Virus record (IMG/VR): IMGVR_UViG_3300028535_000001
Strand: one strand, 5' to 3'
From: a virus
DNA length: 64,000 nucleotides
Each line of letters starts with the position of its first letter. Position 1 is the stretch's first letter. Shown piece by piece: positions 10,484-19,191 of this stretch. Below the pieces are notes generated by a model. The model made no database searches. It was not told the origin of the DNA and saw only the letters and a list, made by a program, of their open reading frames with translations. A program made the translations under genes and the position numbers.

Positions 10484-10690
10484 TTATTCCTCCCTTATAA
10501 TATATTTAATTGGATAATCTGATTTAACAACTATCTTTTTTTCAGTTTCTACATTCCAAAAAGCAATATGGTTTGGTTTAATCTCAACAAACTTTTTAAC
10601 TTGTAAAGTTTCTGACTTGCCTTCAAACCAATAAGTTAATTGTGCAGGATGTCCTACAATCCAATACCATATGTTTTTTAGTATGCTCAT
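10484..10690 (-). CDS. Hypothetical protein
   Basis: Coupled ORF (TAATG junction). Confidence 0.6.
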   Translation of the reverse strand: MSILKNIWYWIVGHPAQLTYWFEGKSETLQVKKFVEIKPNHIAFWNVETEKKIVVKSDYPIKYIIREE

Positions 10691-10878
10691 TATTTCTCCC
10701 TTTTTCTTTTTTCATTTTCTTCTTTAATATAATTAATTAACATCGTAACGTAAATATCACGTTCCCATGGTATCATATGTTCAATCTCGGTAATGCTATA
10801 CTTATGATGTTGCATTAACGAAAAGTTTACTTCAAAAAACGCCTCTAGGCTACTATGGGTGAGGCCAATCCGAAAAAA
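10690..10878 (-). CDS. gp51: gp51-like baseplate assembly chaperone frame (first ATG at 10815; frame open back to the slippery site)
   Basis: Manual translation IGLTHSSLEAFFEVNFSLMQHHKYSITEIEHMIPWERDIYVTMLINYIKEENEKRKREK*; MQHHKYS..E.E.M.PWER is the gp51 signature. Confidence 0.85.
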   Translation of the reverse strand, partial: FFRIGLTHSSLEAFFEVNFSLMQHHKYSITEIEHMIPWERDIYVTMLINYIKEENEKRKREK

Positions 10879-11579
10879 TCGTTGAGTCCTTCAAAGGTCA
10901 CTTTACTTTTAACACCTGTCTTTGGATTTGTGACTTCTTGCGTATGTCTCAATCTAGGCATAGTATCAAAAAATTTTCTAATTTTATCAAAAGTACCTTG
11001 TGGCATTTTCTCAAAAAATTCTTTTAATTCTTCTTTAGTAGTATCTACTCCAGGGTACACTTTATCTCCTTCAAAAACTTCGTGTACACAACCTAACATT
11101 AAATCAAATACAGTATCGTAATCAGCGTCCTTTAACGTTTTGCTGTTTATCATTGCCATCGTAGGATATTTGAGAACAACACCCAATTGCCTAGTGTCAT
11201 CAAATACTACTTTGTTTGTATGTCCATCATCTACTTGGACCTCAATCTTTGATATGTCAATTTCAATATCTGTATAAGTTTTCTTATCGTCTGGACATAT
11301 AACTTGAAATTTTGATATTTCACCAACTGACTTTGCTCTTATTTGTAAGAACATATACTCAATGTCAAATGTAGGCAAATTTAAAATATCTATTTTGTTA
11401 AATGTACAAGCACCTAAAACTTGTTTGGTTGCTTCTTGTATTTGTTTTTCTTCACCAGACTCTAGAGCAATCAACATCATTTTTTCTTCTTTTACAAGAA
11501 AAGGTCTAAATTTAACTTTTGTTTCTTGCGAAGGTAATGTCAACTCATAAGTTGGTGTTTCTATTATCGGTAATGCCAT
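10845..11579 (-). CDS. gp26: Baseplate hub assembly protein gp26
   Basis: MALP..TPTYEL.LPS, FRPFLVKEEK, FDIEYMFLQIRAKSVGE, FFDTMP, EGL.DFF. Confidence 0.9.
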   Translation of the reverse strand: MALPIIETPTYELTLPSQETKVKFRPFLVKEEKMMLIALESGEEKQIQEATKQVLGACTFNKIDILNLPTFDIEYMFLQIRAKSVGEISKFQVICPDDKKTYTDIEIDISKIEVQVDDGHTNKVVFDDTRQLGVVLKYPTMAMINSKTLKDADYDTVFDLMLGCVHEVFEGDKVYPGVDTTKEELKEFFEKMPQGTFDKIRKFFDTMPRLRHTQEVTNPKTGVKSKVTFEGLNDFFGLASPIVA

Positions 11580-11597
11580 AATATTATCTCCTTGTTA

Positions 11598-12578
11598 TTA
11601 TATATTTATTGGTGGTAGTTTGAACGGTGGGAACACTCTACCGCCAGTAATTCTACCTAGTGGTGCTCTACGTCTCAAATTGTTCAATACGTCTCTACCT
11701 GCTCGTCTCAATTCTGGTGGAAGTTTACCTAATAAACCTCCAAATAAACCGGACTGTTCTTTTACACTTGGTTTTCCAAATTTAGGTTGACCAAGTTCTA
11801 TGTTGCCTTGTTTGTCTAAAAAGAAATTAATCCAATACATAAATTTAAATGTAACTGTAAATGTTTGTACTGTATTTGAATCATGTGAATAATCTACTTT
11901 ACTAATACTTGTTGGTAAACAATCAAACAATTGTACACCATATGTTATTTCGTCTCTCTCTTGTCTAGACGCAAATGATCCTAACTGATATATTCTCATA
12001 TCTGACACGTAATTTTTATAGTAATTCATATTGAAAGATTTAGTACTGAAAGCGGCACTTTGCCACATTTCAAAATATGATCTTTCTCTCATAAATTTAT
12101 CTGCATAAAACGTTGCTGTAATCTCTGCTGATTTAAAATCAATTGCAACGTGTCTAGTTGGTGTATTACCATGTCTAACTTCTTTGGTAACTATTTCTCT
12201 ATCAGGCATTTCAATAGCACTACAAAATGCTTGAACACGTCTACCGTTTGCTATATGTACTGCATTCATATCTTGAGCTGTAAAAAATGAATCATACGTT
12301 TCATCTGCCATAGATGAAGATACGGAACCTGCTGAACCATCTGGTCCACCACCTAAAGATTTAGGTAACATAAACTCAACATAAAATCTTGCCTTACGAG
12401 CAAAACCTTCTGCCTCATTTACCATAGCCTGCACTCTACCCATTGTAGATTCAGGATTACCACCCATATTTCGTTTTAATCTTTTATCACCTGCCACATT
12501 GTCAAGTGATCTATCTCTCGGTATACCAATTCTAATATCGTATCCGCCTATTCTTTTTCCGCCTCTTAATATCGCCAT
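11598..12578 (-). CDS. Tail tube initiator/gp54-like protein
   Basis: Tube-fold motifs C...EMP, ITATFY.D, YFEMWQ, FTVTF; position next to gp2. Confidence 0.6.
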   Translation of the reverse strand: MAILRGGKRIGGYDIRIGIPRDRSLDNVAGDKRLKRNMGGNPESTMGRVQAMVNEAEGFARKARFYVEFMLPKSLGGGPDGSAGSVSSSMADETYDSFFTAQDMNAVHIANGRRVQAFCSAIEMPDREIVTKEVRHGNTPTRHVAIDFKSAEITATFYADKFMRERSYFEMWQSAAFSTKSFNMNYYKNYVSDMRIYQLGSFASRQERDEITYGVQLFDCLPTSISKVDYSHDSNTVQTFTVTFKFMYWINFFLDKQGNIELGQPKFGKPSVKEQSGLFGGLLGKLPPELRRAGRDVLNNLRRRAPLGRITGGRVFPPFKLPPINI

Positions 12579-13111
12579 TAATATGGTCTCCCTTTTTTAA
12601 ATTGTGCGATTGGTAAATATACTGCTAAAGCAGCCTCATTATAATCAACTCTTAAATATTGACTTCTAGTGTGTGCCCACAAATACTTTTTAATAGCATT
12701 CTTTGTAAGTGGTAACTTTTTAATTCTGTTATAACTGACATCAAATCTATTTTTAGCACTTATCTCTCCTGCTCCATGTATAGCATATCTTTGTAATTGT
12801 GTTAACAAAGTAAATCTTTGGTTTGGTGGTAAATAGTGAAAATTAATACCAGCAAATCCATTCTTTATTGGCTCTAGTGGTAACACTAAAGGAAAAATAT
12901 CATAATATGGTAATGTCTGTTTATATTTAGGATCGTAAACAAATAAATTAAGCCTACCAACACTAGGTCTACCTATCAATTTACCTTGAGCCATTAATCT
13001 TCTTGCTGATATTCTATCGTAAATAGAACCTACAGCTTTCCTATACCATGAGGATGACTTTTGACCACCATCTGCTTTATCAACCAGATTGTCTAAAATG
13101 CTTAATGCCAT
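12578..13111 (-). CDS. gp2: DNA end protector protein gp2
   Basis: YDPKYK.TLPYYD.FPLV, GINFHYL. Confidence 0.9.
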   Translation of the reverse strand: MALSILDNLVDKADGGQKSSSWYRKAVGSIYDRISARRLMAQGKLIGRPSVGRLNLFVYDPKYKQTLPYYDIFPLVLPLEPIKNGFAGINFHYLPPNQRFTLLTQLQRYAIHGAGEISAKNRFDVSYNRIKKLPLTKNAIKKYLWAHTRSQYLRVDYNEAALAVYLPIAQFKKGRPY

Positions 13112-13128
13112 TATGGGTATATTTATAC

Positions 13129-13161
13129 AAAAAAAAGGGCTATTATTGCTAATAGCCCTTT
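13129..13161 (-). terminator. Intrinsic terminator after gp32
   Basis: AAAGGGCTATTA-GCAA-TAATAGCCCTTT followed by a T run on the minus strand. Confidence 0.85.
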
Positions 13162-13191
13162 AAAGTATGTCTAACGGAGGGAATAGTTAGT

Positions 13192-14094
13192 TTACTGATC
13201 GTCCTCGGCTAATTTACTAAAGTAAGATAACGTATCGTCATCATCACTAGCCGCTGGAGCAGTAGGTATTTCACTCATACTTTTCACACTACCAGCTGAT
13301 TTAACGGTTGGCGGGAGCTCATCGTTATCTGCTGTTTTAGTGCTTCTTGTACCTGAAATTACCCTATTCAGTTTCTCTTTGAGTTCATCATAGGACTTAA
13401 AATTGTCAGGTGCTAAGAATGGTTTTAGAGGATATTGTGTAGACCAGATTGCTTTAATCTTGTCATCACCGTCAGCTGTTGCCGACACTGCCTCAAATTC
13501 AGATTTGTCATAGTTCCAATAACCATCAACTTTTCTGATTTTTAGTTTAAAGTTTGCACCTTTCCAAAAATCAAATGGGTTAATTGGTTTCTCATCTTCA
13601 AATGCTGGTTGCATTGCTTCTGTTATCTTATCAAAAATCTTTTTACCAAATTTAAATAAGAACACTTTACCTTCATTCTCTGGATGTTTTGGATCAGATA
13701 CGCATAGAATATTTGAGAAATAAGAAAGTTTTCTTTTTCTTTTTCTAGCAATATCTTTATCACTATCAACACCAGTATTCCACAATCTTGTGTTTTCTTC
13801 GGACACAGGATCCTTTTGGCTTAATGTTGTTAATGAGTTTTCAATATACCAGCCGCCTCTATCTTGGAAGGCATGTGACCAAACTCTCTGCCAAGGTAAA
13901 TCTTCTCCTTGTATAGCAGGTAAAAATCTGATTACTGCATAACCATTACCAGTTTTATCTAGTTCAGGTTTCCAAAATCTGTCGTCTTGGTATTTGTTTT
14001 TGTTTGATTGATCCTCGGAATTGAGGTTCTTTTCAAGTGCTTTAGTAAGTTTGTCAAAGCCACTTGATGATGATTTTAATGCTTCAAAATCCAT
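13192..14094 (-). CDS. gp32: Single-stranded DNA-binding protein gp32
   Basis: DDRFWKP..DKTGNGYAVIRFLP, WYIENS, FGKKIFDKI, NYDKSEF, acidic tail. Confidence 0.96.
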   Translation of the reverse strand: MDFEALKSSSSGFDKLTKALEKNLNSEDQSNKNKYQDDRFWKPELDKTGNGYAVIRFLPAIQGEDLPWQRVWSHAFQDRGGWYIENSLTTLSQKDPVSEENTRLWNTGVDSDKDIARKRKRKLSYFSNILCVSDPKHPENEGKVFLFKFGKKIFDKITEAMQPAFEDEKPINPFDFWKGANFKLKIRKVDGYWNYDKSEFEAVSATADGDDKIKAIWSTQYPLKPFLAPDNFKSYDELKEKLNRVISGTRSTKTADNDELPPTVKSAGSVKSMSEIPTAPAASDDDDTLSYFSKLAEDDQ

Positions 14095-14177
14095 ATTATT
14101 TTCTCCTTTGTATATATTTTCGTATTGTTATATTTGTGTTCCCTATATTATCGGGATCATTATTATTTATAAGTCTT

Positions 14178-14405
14178 TTAAAGGTATTTACCAGTTTTTT
14201 TATCTCTCTTATGTGCTCTACCAGGTTTTAGTAATCTATTCTCACCCTTTGGCCACCTCATTTCAATTTTCAATAAACTTCCATCGGCTTTCAAAATTTG
14301 TATATCGTGTCCATTAGGTTCACTATTATCCCAATATCTAACATAATTGTTAATCTTAATAGTTTTAGTTGGCGTCTTTTTACTCATACCATTTATAATA
14401 CTCAT
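14178..14405 (-). CDS. Hypothetical basic protein
   Basis: ORF directly behind a sigma70-like promoter. Confidence 0.6.
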   Translation of the reverse strand: MSIINGMSKKTPTKTIKINNYVRYWDNSEPNGHDIQILKADGSLLKIEMRWPKGENRLLKPGRAHKRDKKTGKYL

Positions 14406-14414
14406 ATTAGGTGT

Positions 14415-14443
14415 AATATAACATATCCTAGTTATATTGTCAA
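14415..14443 (-). promoter_or_regulatory. sigma70-like early promoter
   Basis: TTGACA-17-TATATT with extended TG. Confidence 0.7.
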
Positions 14444-14450
14444 TGCTCCT

Positions 14451-15344
14451 TTAGCCTGTTAATGTTTCCATAGTAGGATAGTCAATATAGAATACGTTTT
14501 TAAGACCTTCCCACTCTTTTATTGCTCTATCAATGGCGTCATGTCCAACATCAGCCTTTGGATTGACTTTATAAAACGTCACTCCTGGGTTGTTAATCAT
14601 TAATGATTTCCATTGAGTAATCCAATTGTCTGTTGGTACTTGTTGTTGTTCTTTTAAACCATAGTATTTGGTATCTTTGTATATATTGTTTATCAAATCA
14701 TCATTACTAGCCAGATCATGGCCAATTAAAAACAGTTCTAAACTAATTTTATGTTCATTATCATCGGCGTCATTATATAAGTCTGTTGCCTTTGGTTGTT
14801 TTTCTTTTAGTATTGCAATTGCACCAGCAGTAGGACCAGCAGCAAAACCCCAATCTCTTGGTTTCATTATATCGTCAATAGATTGTTCTTTACTATTCAT
14901 GGTACACCAACTGACATCAACAGCAGTATGATTTACATTTTTACTTTCTTGTTTCTTATTCTGTTTTAAAATTTTAACTGCACCTGATATATTAGAACCA
15001 TGCATTACAAACTCTTGGCAATCACCTCTCTCATTTGAGTTAATCAATTTTTGTTCCTTAACAATGGCCATTTCTTCGGCAGTTATTGAGGCGCCTGCAT
15101 TTATAACAGACTCATATATTGGTGCTGGTAATCTTGTCCAACCTCTTAAATATGTTTCATTGTTTTGGCAATAACCACTATTGTATATTTCATGGCAAAT
15201 ACCTGAATCAACTGCAACTAAAACATCTGGTGTAAAATCTCTATATAAGGCATTACAACCATATGTCCTACCTTTTTCTTTTAAATTAGTTAAATTATAA
15301 TTTTTTCGGCTTTCACCATTACCTATAATAAATGCACTAGACAT
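14451..15344 (-). CDS. MAF/DUF115-like (IIGNGES) putative glycosyltransferase-related protein
   Basis: AFIIGNGESR, YGCNALYRD, PDVLVAVD, LIGHD. Confidence 0.55.
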   Translation of the reverse strand: MSSAFIIGNGESRKNYNLTNLKEKGRTYGCNALYRDFTPDVLVAVDSGICHEIYNSGYCQNNETYLRGWTRLPAPIYESVINAGASITAEEMAIVKEQKLINSNERGDCQEFVMHGSNISGAVKILKQNKKQESKNVNHTAVDVSWCTMNSKEQSIDDIMKPRDWGFAAGPTAGAIAILKEKQPKATDLYNDADDNEHKISLELFLIGHDLASNDDLINNIYKDTKYYGLKEQQQVPTDNWITQWKSLMINNPGVTFYKVNPKADVGHDAIDRAIKEWEGLKNVFYIDYPTMETLTG

Positions 15345-15708
15345 AAACTTTTAAAATTCCTATTAATAATACCATCGCTAAACAACTATTTAAAACCATC
15401 AATGCACGGTCATGCCATAGAATACCTACCCATAACCAACCCAATGTACCTATTAAACTTACATATAAATCAACATTATGATAAGCAGTACCAGCGGCTC
15501 TAAAACAAACTGCCGATAATATTAAAATACAACTAAGCCATTTTATATACCATGAAAAATCATGTAAAGGTGTTACCTTACTTAATACTTTTTCTATTTG
15601 TTTTTGTTTAATTTCTTTTTTTTCAATTGTTAAATGTTTCTTTTTCTTTTTAACAATATCTTTCATATCTTTCCATATTCCATCATTTGTCATCTTTTTT
15701 ATCTTCAT
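15337..15708 (-). CDS. Small three-TM membrane protein
   Basis: WYIKW..., GWLWVGILWHDRAL..LN. Confidence 0.65.
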   Translation of the reverse strand: MKIKKMTNDGIWKDMKDIVKKKKKHLTIEKKEIKQKQIEKVLSKVTPLHDFSWYIKWLSCILILSAVCFRAAGTAYHNVDLYVSLIGTLGWLWVGILWHDRALMVLNSCLAMVLLIGILKVYV

Positions 15709-15792
15709 TAATCACATACCACACTAGTGTTAGGATTATTATCATTACTACTATACCTGTTAACAATAGTCCAAAACCATCAGCCGCTGTCA

Positions 15793-16950
15793 TTAAATTC
15801 CTTTCTTCATTACGTTATAAACTATTTTTTTCCAATTATAATGTTGGTCATCTGTATTAACAACAATTACTTGACCTGTTTCCATGTTCATAACTATTTG
15901 TTGACCACCAGCACCGTCCATTGCAAATATAATACTATCTTTCATACCCTTAAATGTCATATGAAACTGACCACCGTATTCGTATGTGGCCTGGTGAGAG
16001 CCTTTATTATAATCTCTTTTAAATCTACTATTTTTGGTAACTCTATTATCGTATATAGTTCTTAAATAATCACCAATACAAGTATCAGAATTAAAATCTT
16101 TAATTATAGTATTAGCTATTCTTAAATAATCTTCACTCTTAGCATAAAAAGAATATCTACTTACGCCTTTATCTACGTCTTGTTTTGACCAAGAAACTTT
16201 GACAAAGTGTACATCATCTTTTACACCAACATGATCTGTAAATATTTCTTTTAATAATTTCTCATAATTATCATAACCAACTTTGTGAATTACATAGTTG
16301 ATAGCAACATGTGTTGACATTGCACTATAATTGTAAGGAGAGTTTTCCTCTTTCTTTTTTGTGCCTTTAAACCACAACATGCTCTCTGCAACAGTTCTTC
16401 TATTGATTTGTTTAGTTTTATTGTCTTTAAAAAAACCATCATTTCTAAATTTCTTTTCACCAATATAGTCTTCGTCACCTGAAGTCATATTTAAAACTTG
16501 CATTAAGTTATTATCTACATATAAAGTATTGTTAATAACAACCCAATCATTTAATTGTTTATTCAAATCAATACCATATTTACAAACAGCATGACCTGTC
16601 ACATATGAAATTAAACTTTTACCCATTGAATTAGATTGAAAAAGACCCTTATTTTCTTTAACATCGTTAGTCCAATTATTTTTATTTACTTTAATCTTAC
16701 CATCTTCAAAAACAATATAAGATATTAAACCAGTTTTATCGTTGTTTTCTAATTGTTTATCAACATAAGTTGTTAATTTATTTTCAACTAACTCTGTTTC
16801 TAATTTTTGATAATCATTTGAACCAGGAGCCGAAAAAGATATACCTTTAAAGTTATGTTCTTGTTGTTTGTGGTCAGCATTAGCAATATTGTTAAGACCC
16901 AACCATAGTAATACGTTGATTGTGATTATTGTTATTAGTAGTTTTTTCAT
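15793..16950 (-). CDS. Exported serine hydrolase, beta-lactamase class C/AmpC-like fold
   Basis: Signal peptide; SMGK (SxxK), LNMTSG, YNYS, DYLRIA, MDGAGGQ. Confidence 0.82.
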   Translation of the reverse strand: MKKLLITIITINVLLWLGLNNIANADHKQQEHNFKGISFSAPGSNDYQKLETELVENKLTTYVDKQLENNDKTGLISYIVFEDGKIKVNKNNWTNDVKENKGLFQSNSMGKSLISYVTGHAVCKYGIDLNKQLNDWVVINNTLYVDNNLMQVLNMTSGDEDYIGEKKFRNDGFFKDNKTKQINRRTVAESMLWFKGTKKKEENSPYNYSAMSTHVAINYVIHKVGYDNYEKLLKEIFTDHVGVKDDVHFVKVSWSKQDVDKGVSRYSFYAKSEDYLRIANTIIKDFNSDTCIGDYLRTIYDNRVTKNSRFKRDYNKGSHQATYEYGGQFHMTFKGMKDSIIFAMDGAGGQQIVMNMETGQVIVVNTDDQHYNWKKIVYNVMKKGI

Positions 16951-16977
16951 AGTGTTTTATCCTTTGTTTATTGTATT

Positions 16978-17006
16978 ATAATAACATATTCCTACTGAAA
17001 AAGCAA
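16978..17006 (-). promoter_or_regulatory. sigma70-like early promoter for the serine hydrolase
   Basis: TTGCTT-17-TATTAT with extended TG; spacer resembles that of the 14415 promoter. Confidence 0.55.
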
Positions 17007-17025
17007 GCTTTTTCTGCTAGAACAT

Positions 17026-17634
17026 TTAGCGAACAAACACGTCCTTTAATGTTAATTTACACTCTGTTTGGTTGAATTTAACGAATTTATTGAATTTTTT
17101 AAGTCTTTTTGAGAGTATAGGCCAAATAAATTTCTCTGAAATCTGTTTGTCCCAACGTTTGGCAAATCCTAGAAAATGGTCTAAAATTACCGTTGTTTGG
17201 AAAGTTATATTTTTCTTAATAAGAAGTTGTAACAACCTTGGATGCTGTCCATTATTGCAACTAAAACCAGAATCAAAAGAAAGAGACCTAGTAGAAAAGT
17301 CATCAGCAATCCGTAAGCAATCGTTTCTAAAATGGTAACTAATACCATCGGTATATTTTTTATAGTTGAGATAAACTTGTTTGCCATCTTTACTTAATAA
17401 ATTACCAACCCATTGCCTGTCATCGTCTAAAAAATTAGCAACGAAGAAGTCTGTTATTTCATATTTATCATAGTGCTTACTTAACTTATGGAAGAAGTAT
17501 CTATCATTACGTTTGGTAAATGTCTCTAATTTACAATTGACCTTACCACCATAATTAAAATAATCATAATTATCTGTTGTAAAATGTAATTTTATTGCCA
17601 GATAAGTTTTAAATACCTCAAATCCATCATGCAT
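17026..17634 (-). CDS. gp59: Helicase loader gp59
   Basis: Y.AIKLHFT..YDYF.Y.GK, F.KR.DRYFF.KL. Confidence 0.88.
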   Translation of the reverse strand: MHDGFEVFKTYLAIKLHFTTDNYDYFNYGGKVNCKLETFTKRNDRYFFHKLSKHYDKYEITDFFVANFLDDDRQWVGNLLSKDGKQVYLNYKKYTDGISYHFRNDCLRIADDFSTRSLSFDSGFSCNNGQHPRLLQLLIKKNITFQTTVILDHFLGFAKRWDKQISEKFIWPILSKRLKKFNKFVKFNQTECKLTLKDVFVR

Positions 17635-17653
17635 ATATTTTTCTCAATTTTTA

Positions 17654-17895
17654 TGCCTGTTTCTGTTGCAAGGTACAGGCAAACCCCGGCTACCTAAGCA
17701 GCCATACGATAACTTTCGTTGTCGTTTATAGTTTTAACAGTACGTTGTTAGCGATTTAACTCCAAATAGTTTTAGTAGCAGTCGAATCTAACTCACCCCC
17801 TTAAAGCACACACGTATGTGTTTTGAATTGGTGGAGGTGGTGGGTACTGCCCCCACGTCCTCACTAGTTATTGTCTATTCTTCAACGTCAAATTC
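17654..17895 (-). ncRNA. ssrA: Two-piece (circularly permuted) tmRNA
   Basis: Acceptor piece ends ...GTGGG-GGCAGTA-CCCAC-CACCTCC-A-CCA at 17829; 28-nt intervening segment; coding piece starts GGGGGTG at 17800 (G3:U70 pair); tag frame ...GAC AAC GAA AGT TAT CGT ATG GCT GCT TAG (17723-17694); outer ends approximate. Confidence 0.92.
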
Positions 17896-17898
17896 CTT

Positions 17899-18129
17899 TT
17901 ATACCGGTAGCGACCCTTGTTTTGGTATGTTTAATAGTTTTAAATTAATGGCCTCTACTTTTAATTTTTCTTTTATCTGTTTATTGATAAATGAGTTTAC
18001 TCTACCTGGATCCAAATCTTTTAATTCACATAAATGTATAATTGCGTCCATGTAGGAAATCTTTTGTTTTCTAACTGTATTCTCAATCTCTTGTGAGAAA
18101 GTCTTTGAGTTCATCTTTATAAGTTCCAT
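17899..18129 (-). CDS. gp33: Late transcription coactivator gp33
   Basis: FS.EIE..V....SYMDAI..LC, LKEKL-like segment with EA..L. Confidence 0.85.
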   Translation of the reverse strand: MELIKMNSKTFSQEIENTVRKQKISYMDAIIHLCELKDLDPGRVNSFINKQIKEKLKVEAINLKLLNIPKQGSLPV

Positions 18130-18131
18130 AA

Positions 18132-18470
18132 TTATTCCCCTAAAGTAGTTCTATCAAATGTATGATACATGATACAGGTTGATTGTCCATTTGGAATATC
18201 TACTGTTGCTACTATCTGATTTTCTTTTGAATAATGAGTTACCATCATAACAGGTTGTCCACTTGGTACGGCACCTGCTCTGCCTAGACTAGCATTCTCT
18301 AATTGAAATCCTCTACGTAATATAAAAGCGTGTACGTAATCTGGCTTACCACAAATAACTGGCATGGTACTAGGTGCTAGATTAGGGTTACCTTCGTAAC
18401 TCTCTGGCACTTTTACCTCTGATAGGACTATTGTACTGAAAAGTACAAATAGGAGGATTAGGTATTTCAT
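18132..18470 (-). CDS. Exported hypothetical protein
   Basis: Signal peptide; TATAAATA at 18501-18508 upstream. Confidence 0.65.
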   Translation of the reverse strand: MKYLILLFVLFSTIVLSEVKVPESYEGNPNLAPSTMPVICGKPDYVHAFILRRGFQLENASLGRAGAVPSGQPVMMVTHYSKENQIVATVDIPNGQSTCIMYHTFDRTTLGE

Positions 18471-19153
18471 TACATCTTTTTTTTATTAAGTTCTTCATAA
18501 TATTTATAAAATCCTTGTATTGCTTTACCTAATTTTTCTTCATATGGTGCTTTTTCTTTTACAAAAGGTACCATTGAGCCATCTTCACCAGCAATTAATA
18601 TTACTAGTTGATCTATTTTTTTCTTAAATAATTCTTCATACATTATTGCATAAGCACATGTTTGTAAGAAATAGTTCTCTATCCAAGATTCTTGTCTTTC
18701 TTTGTTTGCTGTCTTGAAGTCTATTACAGAAAGTTTACCATTATATTCTGCAATACAATCCACTTGACCAGCAACGGTCAACTTATGACTGTACATTATT
18801 GTTTCTAAACAATGTATGTTATTGATCTGATCTACGTATGGTTTGATTAGTCTGAACATACCTAAAGGTAACACACTTCTCTCACTTGGTGTTTCGCCTT
18901 TGATATACTGTTCAATTAATGTATGTGTAGATTTGCCTCGTCTGGCTGCTCGTCTCATTTCCCAATTAGCAACATCTTCACCAATACTATCTCGCCATTT
19001 TTGTAGTTCTTTTTTCTTTTGAATACCAAGTACTGTAGTAATTGACGGATAGTTTTTACCATCTATTTCGTAAAATCTGAATCCATCTATTTTTTTACCT
19101 TTAGTCTTTGGTAAAACGTCTTCATTTAGTTTTATAAATTTAAATTTGCTCAT
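18470..19153 (-). CDS. PD-(D/E)XK exonuclease (Cas4/RecB-like)
   Basis: YPSITTVL, RG...H, AGQVDC, IDFKT, Q..AYA. Confidence 0.88.
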   Translation of the reverse strand: MSKFKFIKLNEDVLPKTKGKKIDGFRFYEIDGKNYPSITTVLGIQKKKELQKWRDSIGEDVANWEMRRAARRGKSTHTLIEQYIKGETPSERSVLPLGMFRLIKPYVDQINNIHCLETIMYSHKLTVAGQVDCIAEYNGKLSVIDFKTANKERQESWIENYFLQTCAYAIMYEELFKKKIDQLVILIAGEDGSMVPFVKEKAPYEEKLGKAIQGFYKYYEELNKKKM

Positions 19154-19162
19154 AATGTACCC

Positions 19163-19191
19163 ACTTTAACATAACCAATGTAAATTGTCAA
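19163..19191 (-). promoter_or_regulatory. sigma70-like early promoter
   Basis: TTGACA-17-TAAAGT with extended TG, about 10 nt before the ATG. Confidence 0.55.

Noticed and set aside
17829-17862. tRNA gene
   Set aside because: Only a T-arm and acceptor 3' strand, with no anticodon arm; explained by the permuted tmRNA
17816-18055. Plus-strand 79-aa ORF
   Set aside because: Antisense to the tmRNA acceptor piece and gp33
18470-19153. Cas4/CRISPR system
   Set aside because: No array or other cas genes seen; this nuclease is a common T4-like gene
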